Both the position numbers and the translations under genes were made by a program. 42,769 nt of DNA from Acutalibacteraceae bacterium. GTDB lineage: Bacteria; Bacillota; Clostridia; Oscillospirales; Acutalibacteraceae. A model generated the notes under the pieces. It was not told where the DNA came from. It worked only from the letters and a program-made list of their open reading frames with translations, and made no database searches. The stretch is from contig JAZSNZ010000132.1 in the NCBI GenBank assembly GCA_045536645.1, forward strand, positions 1-42,769, read 5' to 3'. Shown in pieces: positions 25,583 through 32,557 of the stretch. Numbering within the stretch: position 1 is the stretch's first letter; each line of letters begins with the position of its first letter.

Positions 25583-26161
25583 TTACGGTCTTGTTTCCAA
25601 TCCGTACAGCTGTGTCACAGGGTCCCTGAACAGTCCGATTTTCGGAGGACTTACGGAAAAGCACAGCAGCATGACAATAATAAGACACAGCAAAGCGGCA
25701 GAAATGGGGAAGATGTCACGTACATTCATATCTGAATTTATTATTCTGATGCTGACTATCTCTCCGCAGGCAATCCACAGAAAAGCCGCAGTGATATCTA
25801 TCCACAGCACACTGCTGCCCCAGATACCGCTGTATATAAAGAAAAAGCAGATTGTCAGAAGCATTATGGCAAGAGTCCCTGCACATCGGGCAACGATAAG
25901 TCTTTTGATATGGGGCTTAAGGAGATAATACTCTGCAATGCTCCAGAAAAGAAACGGGATCACAAGAATTTTAACGTGTTCCCATACGCTTTCGTTGACA
26001 GAAGCAAATACAGCGACAATAATACTCTGACCGCTGAGCCTGTAGGCAACATGCAGAAAGGCAGACAGAGCAAAGCAAAGTGCTGTACCGAAAGTGCAGA
26101 CAAGTATCGAGCGGCTTTTTTCATTTAATGTTATACGATTTAAGGATGCTAAGTTTTGCAT
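25583..26161 (-). CDS. Integral membrane protein, DUF6512-like
   Basis: Five or six TM helices. The VNESVWEHVKILVIPFLFW motif matches my recollection of the DUF6512 signature. GGAGG lies 8 nt upstream of ATG 26161. Confidence 0.55.
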   Translation of the reverse strand: MQNLASLNRITLNEKSRSILVCTFGTALCFALSAFLHVAYRLSGQSIIVAVFASVNESVWEHVKILVIPFLFWSIAEYYLLKPHIKRLIVARCAGTLAIMLLTICFFFIYSGIWGSSVLWIDITAAFLWIACGEIVSIRIINSDMNVRDIFPISAALLCLIIVMLLCFSVSPPKIGLFRDPVTQLYGLETRP

Positions 26162-26203
26162 ATATCAGACCTCCGTTTCATCTGATATATACGCTGTCAG
26201 GTC

Positions 26204-26515
26204 TCAGAATATGAGCAGTGCACCGATAAGGGTCAGCCCTGAGCCTGCGGCTGCTGCTCCTGCCATAAGGGACCAACGGGGCAACCCCATCAGTTTTTCA
26301 GAAAACATATCCTTTGCACTTCTTTCAGGGGTGCTGGAATCCTCCGAACATTCAATACCCTCATTTATCTCATCAATGCATTCACAAGCGGCACGGTGGA
26401 GGTCGATACTGCCGTTTTCGGCATACTGAGGACGTACAAAGCATATAACACGTTCAAAGTAAGGGCTGTCGGGTTTATTTATCTCCACAGCAAAGCGACT
26501 GACGGAACGAATCAT
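26204..26515 (-). CDS. Small hypothetical protein with a C-terminal TM anchor
   Basis: Start re-called to ATG 26513-26515, with AAAGGTG 8 nt upstream. 103 aa, acidic and Cys-containing soluble part, C-terminal helix WSLMAGAAAAGSGLTLIGALLIF. The upstream 88 codons of the ORF-track entry lie in AT-rich promoter DNA. Confidence 0.5.
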   Translation of the reverse strand: MIRSVSRFAVEINKPDSPYFERVICFVRPQYAENGSIDLHRAACECIDEINEGIECSEDSSTPERSAKDMFSEKLMGLPRWSLMAGAAAAGSGLTLIGALLIF

Positions 26516-26647
26516 AGTCAAAACACCTTTCTGCCATATCGGCCGAAATAAAAATCTTCCTTTGCAGGAGATTATTGGCATGGGAAAAAATAATATGCAA
26601 ATACATTCTGTATTTTTAAGAGAGTTATGTGTGTTGACATAATAAAT

Positions 26648-26677
26648 GTGGAAAACTTGGTGGAAAACGTGAAAAAC
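26648..26677. repeat. Three direct 9-mers GTGGAAAAC / GTGGAAAAC / GTGAAAAAC in an intergenic region
   Basis: Copies at 26648-26656, 26660-26668 and 26669-26677, read directly from the sequence. Confidence 0.6.
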
Positions 26678-26849
26678 TCGCATTGCTCCGTAATGTAAAA
26701 AATCTGAAATGGCGTAACAATGCGGTTTTGGAATGTTAAAAACTCTGTTGCTTATGTCAACGTAAACTGATTTTTTCAAAACAAACAGTTATCTTACCTT
26801 GTCAAAAGAGGGGATATTTTAAGAAAAAATCAAAAAGGAACATTACTTG

Positions 26850-26878
26850 TTGTCAAGAATCAAAATATGTGTTATCAT
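26850..26878 (+). promoter_or_regulatory. sigma-A-like promoter (TTGTCA-17-TATCAT) of the acyltransferase gene
   Basis: TTGTCA at 26850-26855, a 17-nt spacer, TATCAT at 26873-26878. Confidence 0.5.
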
Positions 26879-26914
26879 TAAAAGAGTATTAATATGCTGT
26901 ATGAGGTGACAACA

Positions 26915-28153
26915 ATGGCAAAAAAGAAGAAAAAGAGCTATAACCTTTTCAGACACAAGGTGGTTTTTGCAGTGGTCAAGCCTCTTGCAAGAGTCTTTGT
27001 ATATTTCAAATGCGGCTGGAGAAAGACCATAAAGCCCAAGGGAACACCGAAATTCAAGCAGTACGTTGTGCTTGCAAATCACAATAACGACTTTGATACT
27101 GTCGGACTTGCCGCGTCTGTTCCGGGTGTTTGCCAGTTTGTGGCCAGTGACCATATTCTCAAGTGGAATGTGGGCAAGCTTATCAACTGGGCCTGCGGAC
27201 CTATTGCCATATCCCGTGCCCAGCTTGACTTAAAGGCAATAAAAGAGATACTCCAGTGCAAAAAGGAAGGCGGCAGCATAGGAATTTTCCCCGAGGGCGG
27301 TTGTACCTATACAGGCAGAACCGGCTACATATCTCCTGCCACTGCAAAGCTTGTAAAGCAGCTTGGACTGCCTGTTTACCTCTACGGCATAGAGGGCAGC
27401 TTCCTTATGAAGCCCATCGCTGCAAAAAACATGCGCAAGGGCAGAGAGTGGTGCGAACTCAGACGTGTACTCACAGCCGAAGAGGTTGCGGCAATGAGCC
27501 GTGAAGAGCTGCACGAGTGCATATGCGAAAACCTCATGGTTGATGCATACGCAACCCAGAGAGAGAAGATGTACGTGTATAAGGGTAAGGAGCTTGCTGC
27601 AGAGCTTGAAACCTCCCTTTACAGATGCCCGAAATGCGGTAAGATGTGCCGTATGCATGGCGAGGGCAATGTATTCTCCTGCCTTGAGTGCGGATACAGT
27701 GTTACCTATAATAAATACGGCTTCTTTGAGGGCGACGATGTGATTTTTGAGACTATCACCGACTGGGACGACTGGCAAAGAAAGGAAATCGTCCGTTGCA
27801 TCGAAGAGGGCGAGTATGACCTGACAGGTCAGACACCTATTTTCGTCGATGAAGACGAGATATTCATAGAATCGGAAAAGGCTCACGAAAAAGCCACCGC
27901 AGGCAAGGGTACATTCTATATGTATTCAGACCGTTTCGAACTTCACGGCGAGGGCATCGATGAGGTGTGGTACTTTGATGCCATCGAAAAGCTGAGAGCT
28001 ACAAACCGCACTCACCTGTCCTTCTCTGTAGGAGGAGAAACCTATATTGACTTAAAGAGCGAGCGTGTGCGTTCCTCATATAAGTACATGCTCAACTACA
28101 ATGCGCTGAAGCTGTGGGCAAAGGGTAAGCCCATGGATTTCTTCGGTGTGTGA
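26915..28153 (+). CDS. Lysophospholipid (PlsC-like) acyltransferase with a C-terminal zinc-ribbon-containing extension
   Basis: Start re-called to ATG 26915, with GAGGTG 6 nt upstream. HX4D motif in LANHNNDFD, then the FPEGG motif. The extension of about 200 aa contains CPKCGKMC...CLECGYS. Confidence 0.8.
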   Translation: MAKKKKKSYNLFRHKVVFAVVKPLARVFVYFKCGWRKTIKPKGTPKFKQYVVLANHNNDFDTVGLAASVPGVCQFVASDHILKWNVGKLINWACGPIAISRAQLDLKAIKEILQCKKEGGSIGIFPEGGCTYTGRTGYISPATAKLVKQLGLPVYLYGIEGSFLMKPIAAKNMRKGREWCELRRVLTAEEVAAMSREELHECICENLMVDAYATQREKMYVYKGKELAAELETSLYRCPKCGKMCRMHGEGNVFSCLECGYSVTYNKYGFFEGDDVIFETITDWDDWQRKEIVRCIEEGEYDLTGQTPIFVDEDEIFIESEKAHEKATAGKGTFYMYSDRFELHGEGIDEVWYFDAIEKLRATNRTHLSFSVGGETYIDLKSERVRSSYKYMLNYNALKLWAKGKPMDFFGV

Positions 28154-28178
28154 TCGAACAATCGAGAGGAGTAATTTC

Positions 28179-28961
28179 TTGGCTCGCATAAGCTCCCTTT
28201 TTTCATCAAGTAAAGGCAACAGCACTATCGTTGGCTGTTCGGGCAGATATGTAATGATAGATGCAGGAGTCAGTGCAAAGAAGCTCTGCACGGCACTGTC
28301 TCAGCGAGAGGTACAGCCCGAAAGCATAGCAGGAATATTCATAACACATGAGCATATCGATCATGTAAGCGGAGTGCGTGTGTTTGCGGGAAAATATAAT
28401 ATCCCCGTTTACGCAACGGAAGGAACGCTTCGCGCCATGGCGCAGAACGGTCATTTAAACGGCGTTGAGCATCACGTTTTAGAAGGCGCGGTCGAGCTGC
28501 CCGAAATGCGAATAAATTCTTTCCGTACCTCTCACGATGCCGCCGAAAGCTGCGGCTATACGATCGAGACCTGCGACGGCAGGAAGATAGCAGTGGCCAC
28601 CGATATGGGCTATGTGACCGAAACAGTCCGAAATACGATTTGTGGCTGCGATGCTGTACTGATAGAATCCAATCACGACGAAAAAATGCTTCGGTATGGC
28701 CCATATCCGCCTCTTACAAAGCAGAGGATACTTTCCGAAATAGGTCATCTTTCAAATCCTGCCTGCGCCGCAGAGCTTGCCCAGCTTATAAGAAAAGGCT
28801 CAACAAGATTTTTTCTCGGACATATCAGTCAGGACAACAACACTCCGAGCCTTGCCTATGAAACTTCGTTCAATACTCTTACAGGGGCAGGCATGAGGAA
28901 AAATTATGATTACACGCTGTCAGCCCTTGCACCCGACGGCGGGGAAATGGTGGTGTTCTGA
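28179..28961 (+). CDS. MBL-fold metallo-hydrolase (YycJ/WalJ-like)
   Basis: TTG start with GAGAGGAG 7 nt upstream. N-terminal ISSLFSSSKGNS, metal motif THEHIDHVSG, C-terminal HLS. Confidence 0.8.
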   Translation: MARISSLFSSSKGNSTIVGCSGRYVMIDAGVSAKKLCTALSQREVQPESIAGIFITHEHIDHVSGVRVFAGKYNIPVYATEGTLRAMAQNGHLNGVEHHVLEGAVELPEMRINSFRTSHDAAESCGYTIETCDGRKIAVATDMGYVTETVRNTICGCDAVLIESNHDEKMLRYGPYPPLTKQRILSEIGHLSNPACAAELAQLIRKGSTRFFLGHISQDNNTPSLAYETSFNTLTGAGMRKNYDYTLSALAPDGGEMVVF

Positions 28962-29440
28962 TGCAGGACGTACGCATAATATGTGTGGGCAAGCTCAAGG
29001 AGCAGTACTGGAGAGATGCCTGCAGCGAGTATTCAAAGCGGCTTTCTGCGTACTGCAAGTTTTCGATAATAGAGATAGATGAGCACAGACTGCCCAATGA
29101 CCCCTCACGGTCTCAGATAGAGGCAGGACTCATTGCAGAAGGGAAGAATATCCTTTCAAAGTGTCCGAACGGCAGTGATATAATTGCCATGTGCATAGAG
29201 GGAAAGCCCCATTCCTCGGAGCAGCTGGCCACCCTTGCGGAAAAGACCGCGATATCCGGAAAAGGAATGTGCTTTGTTATCGGCGGCTCCTTCGGATTAT
29301 CTGACGAAGTAAAGACAAAGGCGAAGGTAAAGCTGTCCATGTCCCCAATGACATTCCCTCATCAGCTTGCCAGAGTCATGCTCTGTGAGCAGATATATCG
29401 TGCATTTTGCATAAATAACGGCTCTAAATATCATAAATGA
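28961..29440 (+). CDS. rlmH: 23S rRNA (pseudouridine1915-N3)-methyltransferase RlmH
   Basis: 159 aa of the SPOUT family. IICVGKLKEQYWRDACSEYSKRL...FVIGGSFGLS...LSMSPMTFPHQLARVML. TGATG overlap with the upstream gene. Confidence 0.9.
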   Translation: MQDVRIICVGKLKEQYWRDACSEYSKRLSAYCKFSIIEIDEHRLPNDPSRSQIEAGLIAEGKNILSKCPNGSDIIAMCIEGKPHSSEQLATLAEKTAISGKGMCFVIGGSFGLSDEVKTKAKVKLSMSPMTFPHQLARVMLCEQIYRAFCINNGSKYHK

Positions 29441-29480
29441 CGAAAGCAAAGACAAAAAATACGCACAGCAAAAAAAATAG

Positions 29481-29509
29481 TTGCTTTTTTGAATGAATAG
29501 TGCTACAAT
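29481..29509 (+). promoter_or_regulatory. sigma-A-like promoter (TTGCTT-17-TACAAT) of rpsT
   Basis: TTGCTT at 29481-29486, a 17-nt spacer, TACAAT at 29504-29509. Confidence 0.5.
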
Positions 29510-29550
29510 AACTGCACGTGACTGTAAGAAAGCAAGGAGGTGTACCGTCA

Positions 29551-29808
29551 ATGCCCAACATTAAGTCTGCTAAGAAGAGAGTCAAGGTCAACGAGACAAA
29601 GAATCTCCGCAACAAGGCAATCAGATCCAACCTCAAGACAACTCTCAAAAAGGCTGATGCTGCAATCGAGAATCATGAGAATACTGATGAGGCAGTCCGC
29701 CTTGCAATTAAGAAGATCGATCAGGCTGTTGCAAAGGGAATTCTTCACAAGAATACCGCTGCAAGAAAGAAGTCCGCTATCGTCCGCAAGGCAAACAAGG
29801 CTTCCTAA
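29551..29808 (+). CDS. rpsT: 30S ribosomal protein S20
   Basis: Start re-called to ATG 29551, with GGAGGTG upstream. [26 protein letters not shown]... is the canonical S20 N-terminus. Confidence 0.95.
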   Translation: MPNIKSAKKRVKVNETKNLRNKAIRSNLKTTLKKADAAIENHENTDEAVRLAIKKIDQAVAKGILHKNTAARKKSAIVRKANKAS

Positions 29809-29823
29809 TGTACCTTTTGATTT

Positions 29824-29851
29824 AAAAGCAGAGCAGTGGCTCTGCTTTTTT
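29824..29851 (+). terminator. Rho-independent terminator of rpsT
   Basis: An 11-bp stem aaaagcagagc/gctctgctttt with an agtg loop and a T-run. Confidence 0.8.
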
Positions 29852-29945
29852 GCTATTTGGCGGCAGTTTTATTGCACTTTGCACCAAGATGATGAATGAG
29901 AACGCAACAAAACGTAAAAGTTATGTAAAAATGGGACGGTTATAA

Positions 29946-29974
29946 TTGACAAGAACGGTCAAAGCTATTATCAT
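29946..29974 (+). promoter_or_regulatory. sigma-A-like promoter (TTGACA-17-TATCAT) of a small-ORF transcription unit
   Basis: Consensus -35 TTGACA at 29946-29951, a 17-nt spacer, TATCAT at 29969-29974. Confidence 0.55.
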
Positions 29975-30051
29975 ATAAATAAGAAATGACGAAGGGCAAA
30001 AAAGCCCCATGAGAGATAAAGAGATATATAATTTTGGAGGTGCATTCCGCT

Positions 30052-30201
30052 ATGAAAAAGACCAATCCGTGGGTTATCCTTGGCGTTATCACTGCGATCG
30101 CAGCAATCGTCGCATCTGTTACCACAGCGATCCTCATGCTTGAAAAGAAGCGTAAGGAAGATGAGGAGCTCGAGCACTATATCGACTGCTCCATCCAGTA
30201 A
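30052..30201 (+). CDS. 49-aa single-pass membrane protein, absent from the ORF track because it is under 60 aa
   Basis: My translation: MKKTNPWVILGVITAIAAIVASVTTAILMLEKKRKEDEELEHYIDCSIQ. GGAGGTG lies 9 nt upstream. The unit has its own promoter and a strong terminator. Confidence 0.55.
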   Translation: MKKTNPWVILGVITAIAAIVASVTTAILMLEKKRKEDEELEHYIDCSIQ

Positions 30202-30206
30202 AAGAG

Positions 30207-30238
30207 AAAAAACGGCAGTTTATACTGCCGTTTTTTTG
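30207..30238 (+). terminator. Rho-independent terminator of the small ORF
   Basis: Stem acggcagt/actgccgt with a ttat loop, followed by a 7-T run. Confidence 0.8.
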
Positions 30239-30326
30239 TTGCATGGCGTTGATGTTAATATTCGTTGCTTGAATGCAACGGTCTCTTGCTTTTAAATATA
30301 AATAAAAATGAAAGGGCAAGTACAGT

Positions 30327-30866
30327 ATGTTGAATGAAAATATAAGAAAACTACGAAAAGCAAAAAATTACTCTCAGGAAGAGCTGGCGATGAAGGTCAA
30401 TGTTGTTCGTCAAACGGTATCCAAATGGGAAAAGGGTGTGTCTGCGCCCGATGCGGAAATGCTGATAAAGATAGCGGAGGCTTTGGATACAGACGTAAAC
30501 ACATTGCTGGGGGAAGTACTGCCCCAAGCCGAAACTTCGGAAACAGTTTCGGCTCTTGCAGAAAAGCTTGAATTATTAAGTGATGAGATCGCTGAGCAAA
30601 AAGAAAAGAAGAGGAAAATATGGAAAGGTGTTTTTATTGCAATAGGTGTACTTGCGCTGCTGAACCTGATGTGTGATACATTAAAAGGCATTTTTTCCTG
30701 CAGTGTGAAAAATTCCATAGAAGCTTCTGAATCCATCATTGGCGGTGCAGACGGCCCCACAGCAATATTTGTGTCGAGCATTCCTGCACAGGACTGGTCG
30801 ATTATATTGACTGTTGCGGCGATGATAATTGCTGCCATAGGAATTTTTAAGACAAAGCGCAAGTAA
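30327..30866 (+). CDS. Membrane-anchored XRE-family HTH transcriptional regulator
   Basis: N-terminal HTH_3 segment NIRKLRKAKNYSQEELAMKVNVVRQTVSKWEKGVSAPDAEMLIKIAEAL. Two TM helices flank a loop that contains IIGGADGPTAIFVS. Confidence 0.8.
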   Translation: MLNENIRKLRKAKNYSQEELAMKVNVVRQTVSKWEKGVSAPDAEMLIKIAEALDTDVNTLLGEVLPQAETSETVSALAEKLELLSDEIAEQKEKKRKIWKGVFIAIGVLALLNLMCDTLKGIFSCSVKNSIEASESIIGGADGPTAIFVSSIPAQDWSIILTVAAMIIAAIGIFKTKRK

Positions 30867-30937
30867 TCCCACAGAGCATAGCTCATGACACTTTACTGTA
30901 TGTAATAAACTGCCAGATACAAAAGGAGTGCTGCTTG

Positions 30938-31837
30938 ATGAACATTCTTGTAACAGGAGGAACGGTTTTTGCAAGCCGTTTCACAGCGGAGTACTTTGTT
31001 AAACGCGGGCACAGGGTCTATGTGCTCAATCGCAACACCAGACCGCAGTCGGAGGGAGTTATTCTGATAGAGGCCGACAGGCACGCTCTGGGGGACACAC
31101 TGAGAAATTACAGCTTCGATGCGGTGCTGGACGTTGCCTCATACAATGAGACTGATGTAAGGGAGCTTGCAGAGGCACTGGGAGATGTGGGACAGTATAT
31201 ATTTGTAAGCTCCAGTGCGGTGTACCCCGAAACTCTGCCGCAGCCTTTTACGGAAAATCAGAAATGCGGAGCAAATATACATTGGGGCGATTACGGAACA
31301 AATAAAATTGCCGCAGAAAAATACATAAGAGAAAAATATCCGCAGGCTTATATAATTCGTCCTCCGTACCTGTACGGACAGATGAACAACGTATACCGTG
31401 AAGCCTTTGTGTTCGAGTGTGCCGAGAAAGACCTGCCATTTTACATTCCGAAGGAGGGTAAACTGCCCCTGCAGTTTTTCAATATTGAGGATATGTGCCG
31501 CTTTATGGAAATACTGCTTGAGAAAAAGCCCACGCAGCATATTTTCAACGTCGGCAACGCTGAGACAGTCAGCGTAAAAGAGTGGGTCAGGCTCTGCTAT
31601 GAGGTACTCGGTAAAGTACCCGAGCTTAAATATGTCAGCAAAGAGATAAACCAGCGAAGTTATTTCCCGTTCCTCGATTATGAGTATGTGCTGGACGTGC
31701 AGGAGATGAAAAAGCTGATGAGCGATACCAAGCCACTCAAGGAGGGCCTGAAAGAAGCTTACGAATGGTATAAAAACAACCGTGAGCTTGTAAGAAAAAA
31801 GCCTCTGCTGGAATTTATTGATGATAATTTAAGTTAA
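30938..31837 (+). CDS. NAD-dependent epimerase/dehydratase (extended SDR) family protein
   Basis: N-terminal Rossmann segment MNILVTGGTVFASRF. A YGTNK segment is consistent with the SDR YxxxK motif. TTG 30935 is an alternative start. Confidence 0.8.
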   Translation: MNILVTGGTVFASRFTAEYFVKRGHRVYVLNRNTRPQSEGVILIEADRHALGDTLRNYSFDAVLDVASYNETDVRELAEALGDVGQYIFVSSSAVYPETLPQPFTENQKCGANIHWGDYGTNKIAAEKYIREKYPQAYIIRPPYLYGQMNNVYREAFVFECAEKDLPFYIPKEGKLPLQFFNIEDMCRFMEILLEKKPTQHIFNVGNAETVSVKEWVRLCYEVLGKVPELKYVSKEINQRSYFPFLDYEYVLDVQEMKKLMSDTKPLKEGLKEAYEWYKNNRELVRKKPLLEFIDDNLS

Positions 31838-31839
31838 AT

Positions 31840-31880
31840 AAAAGTATCCGTCCATTCAAATGAATGGACGGATACTTTTT
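31840..31880. terminator. Bidirectional Rho-independent terminator
   Basis: An 18-bp stem aaaagtatccgtccattc/gaatggacggatactttt with an aaat loop, between convergent genes. Confidence 0.8.
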
Positions 31881-31969
31881 ACAATATTTAATTCATAAAA
31901 TTGAAAGTTTCCGTTCCTTACAAATTGGGATTTGGCGCTCCGTCAAACTGAAATATGAACATACTTAAA

Positions 31970-32401
31970 TTACTCGCAATACATACATATAGTTCCATTT
32001 GATAACTGAAAACCGTTCTTTTCATAAAATTTAGCTGCTGGTGCATACTCGCTTGTATAAAGAACAATTCCTGCAAGTCCATTCGCCTTACTGTAATCTT
32101 TAACTGCATTTAACAATTGTTTACCTATTCCGCAACCTTGTCGCCCAGGAAGCACTGCCATCTCATTAATATGTATTTCTTTCTTGCTTCCAGAAACCTT
32201 ACAAAGCGCAAATATACATCCTAACACTTCATCATTCTCTTCATATACAAACCCAACAAATCTTTTCTGTTCATAAAAATCCTGAAGATATTCTGTTGCA
32301 TTATCTTCTGTCCAGTCTATACCCCAATGTTCTATTGGGAACGCTTTTGCATAAATCTTGCCACATTGTGCTAAGTCGTTTTGTTTCATAATTCTAATCA
32401 T
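31970..32401 (-). CDS. GNAT-family N-acetyltransferase
   Basis: 143 aa. Acetyl-CoA-binding segment VLPGRQGCGIGKQLL (Q/RxxGxG/A type). C-terminal FYEKNGF. GGAGAGGTG lies upstream of ATG 32401. Confidence 0.85.
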   Translation of the reverse strand: MIRIMKQNDLAQCGKIYAKAFPIEHWGIDWTEDNATEYLQDFYEQKRFVGFVYEENDEVLGCIFALCKVSGSKKEIHINEMAVLPGRQGCGIGKQLLNAVKDYSKANGLAGIVLYTSEYAPAAKFYEKNGFQLSNGTICMYCE

Positions 32402-32442
32402 TTAGCACCTCTCCTACAACTTCAAATTTTTCTCTCAGTCAC

Positions 32443-32471
32443 AGTATACATTTACTATATGTCTGCGTCAA
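32443..32471 (-). promoter_or_regulatory. sigma-A-like promoter (TTGACG-17-TATACT) of the GNAT gene
   Basis: The minus strand reads TTGACG (32466-32471), a 17-nt spacer, then TATACT (32443-32448). Confidence 0.5.
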
Positions 32472-32515
32472 TAAATCGCTATGTGATTTCGCCTGCCAAT
32501 CCGTAATTACAGCAA

Positions 32516-32549
32516 ATAAAAAAGGGAGCAGATTTTAATCTGCTCCCTT
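32516..32549 (-). terminator. Rho-independent terminator of murA
   Basis: Stem aagggagcagatt/aatctgctccctt, followed on the minus strand by a T-run (plus-strand A-run 32518-32523). Confidence 0.8.
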
Positions 32550-32557
32550 AAACTTTA

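Noticed and set aside
26648-26677. Direct 9-mer repeats considered as a mini CRISPR array or iterons of a mobile replicon
   Set aside because: The repeats are only 9 nt with spacers of 0 to 3 nt. There are no cas or rep genes and no unique spacers. A regulatory-site interpretation is more reasonable.
26516-26779. N-terminal 88 codons of the 191-aa ORF-track entry 26204-26779
   Set aside because: This part runs through AT-rich promoter-like DNA and has an implausible composition (F/H/Y/I-rich) and no SD. A good SD plus ATG occurs at 26515, so I shortened the CDS.
27230-27886. 218-aa minus-strand ORF inside the acyltransferase gene
   Set aside because: It is antisense to a CDS with clear HX4D/FPEGG motifs. 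It has no SD and no domain features.
31881-32557. GNAT cassette considered as a mobile element or genomic islet
   Set aside because: I saw no integrase or transposase, no terminal inverted repeats, no flanking direct repeats and no tRNA. Only the compositional anomaly is reported, as a finding.
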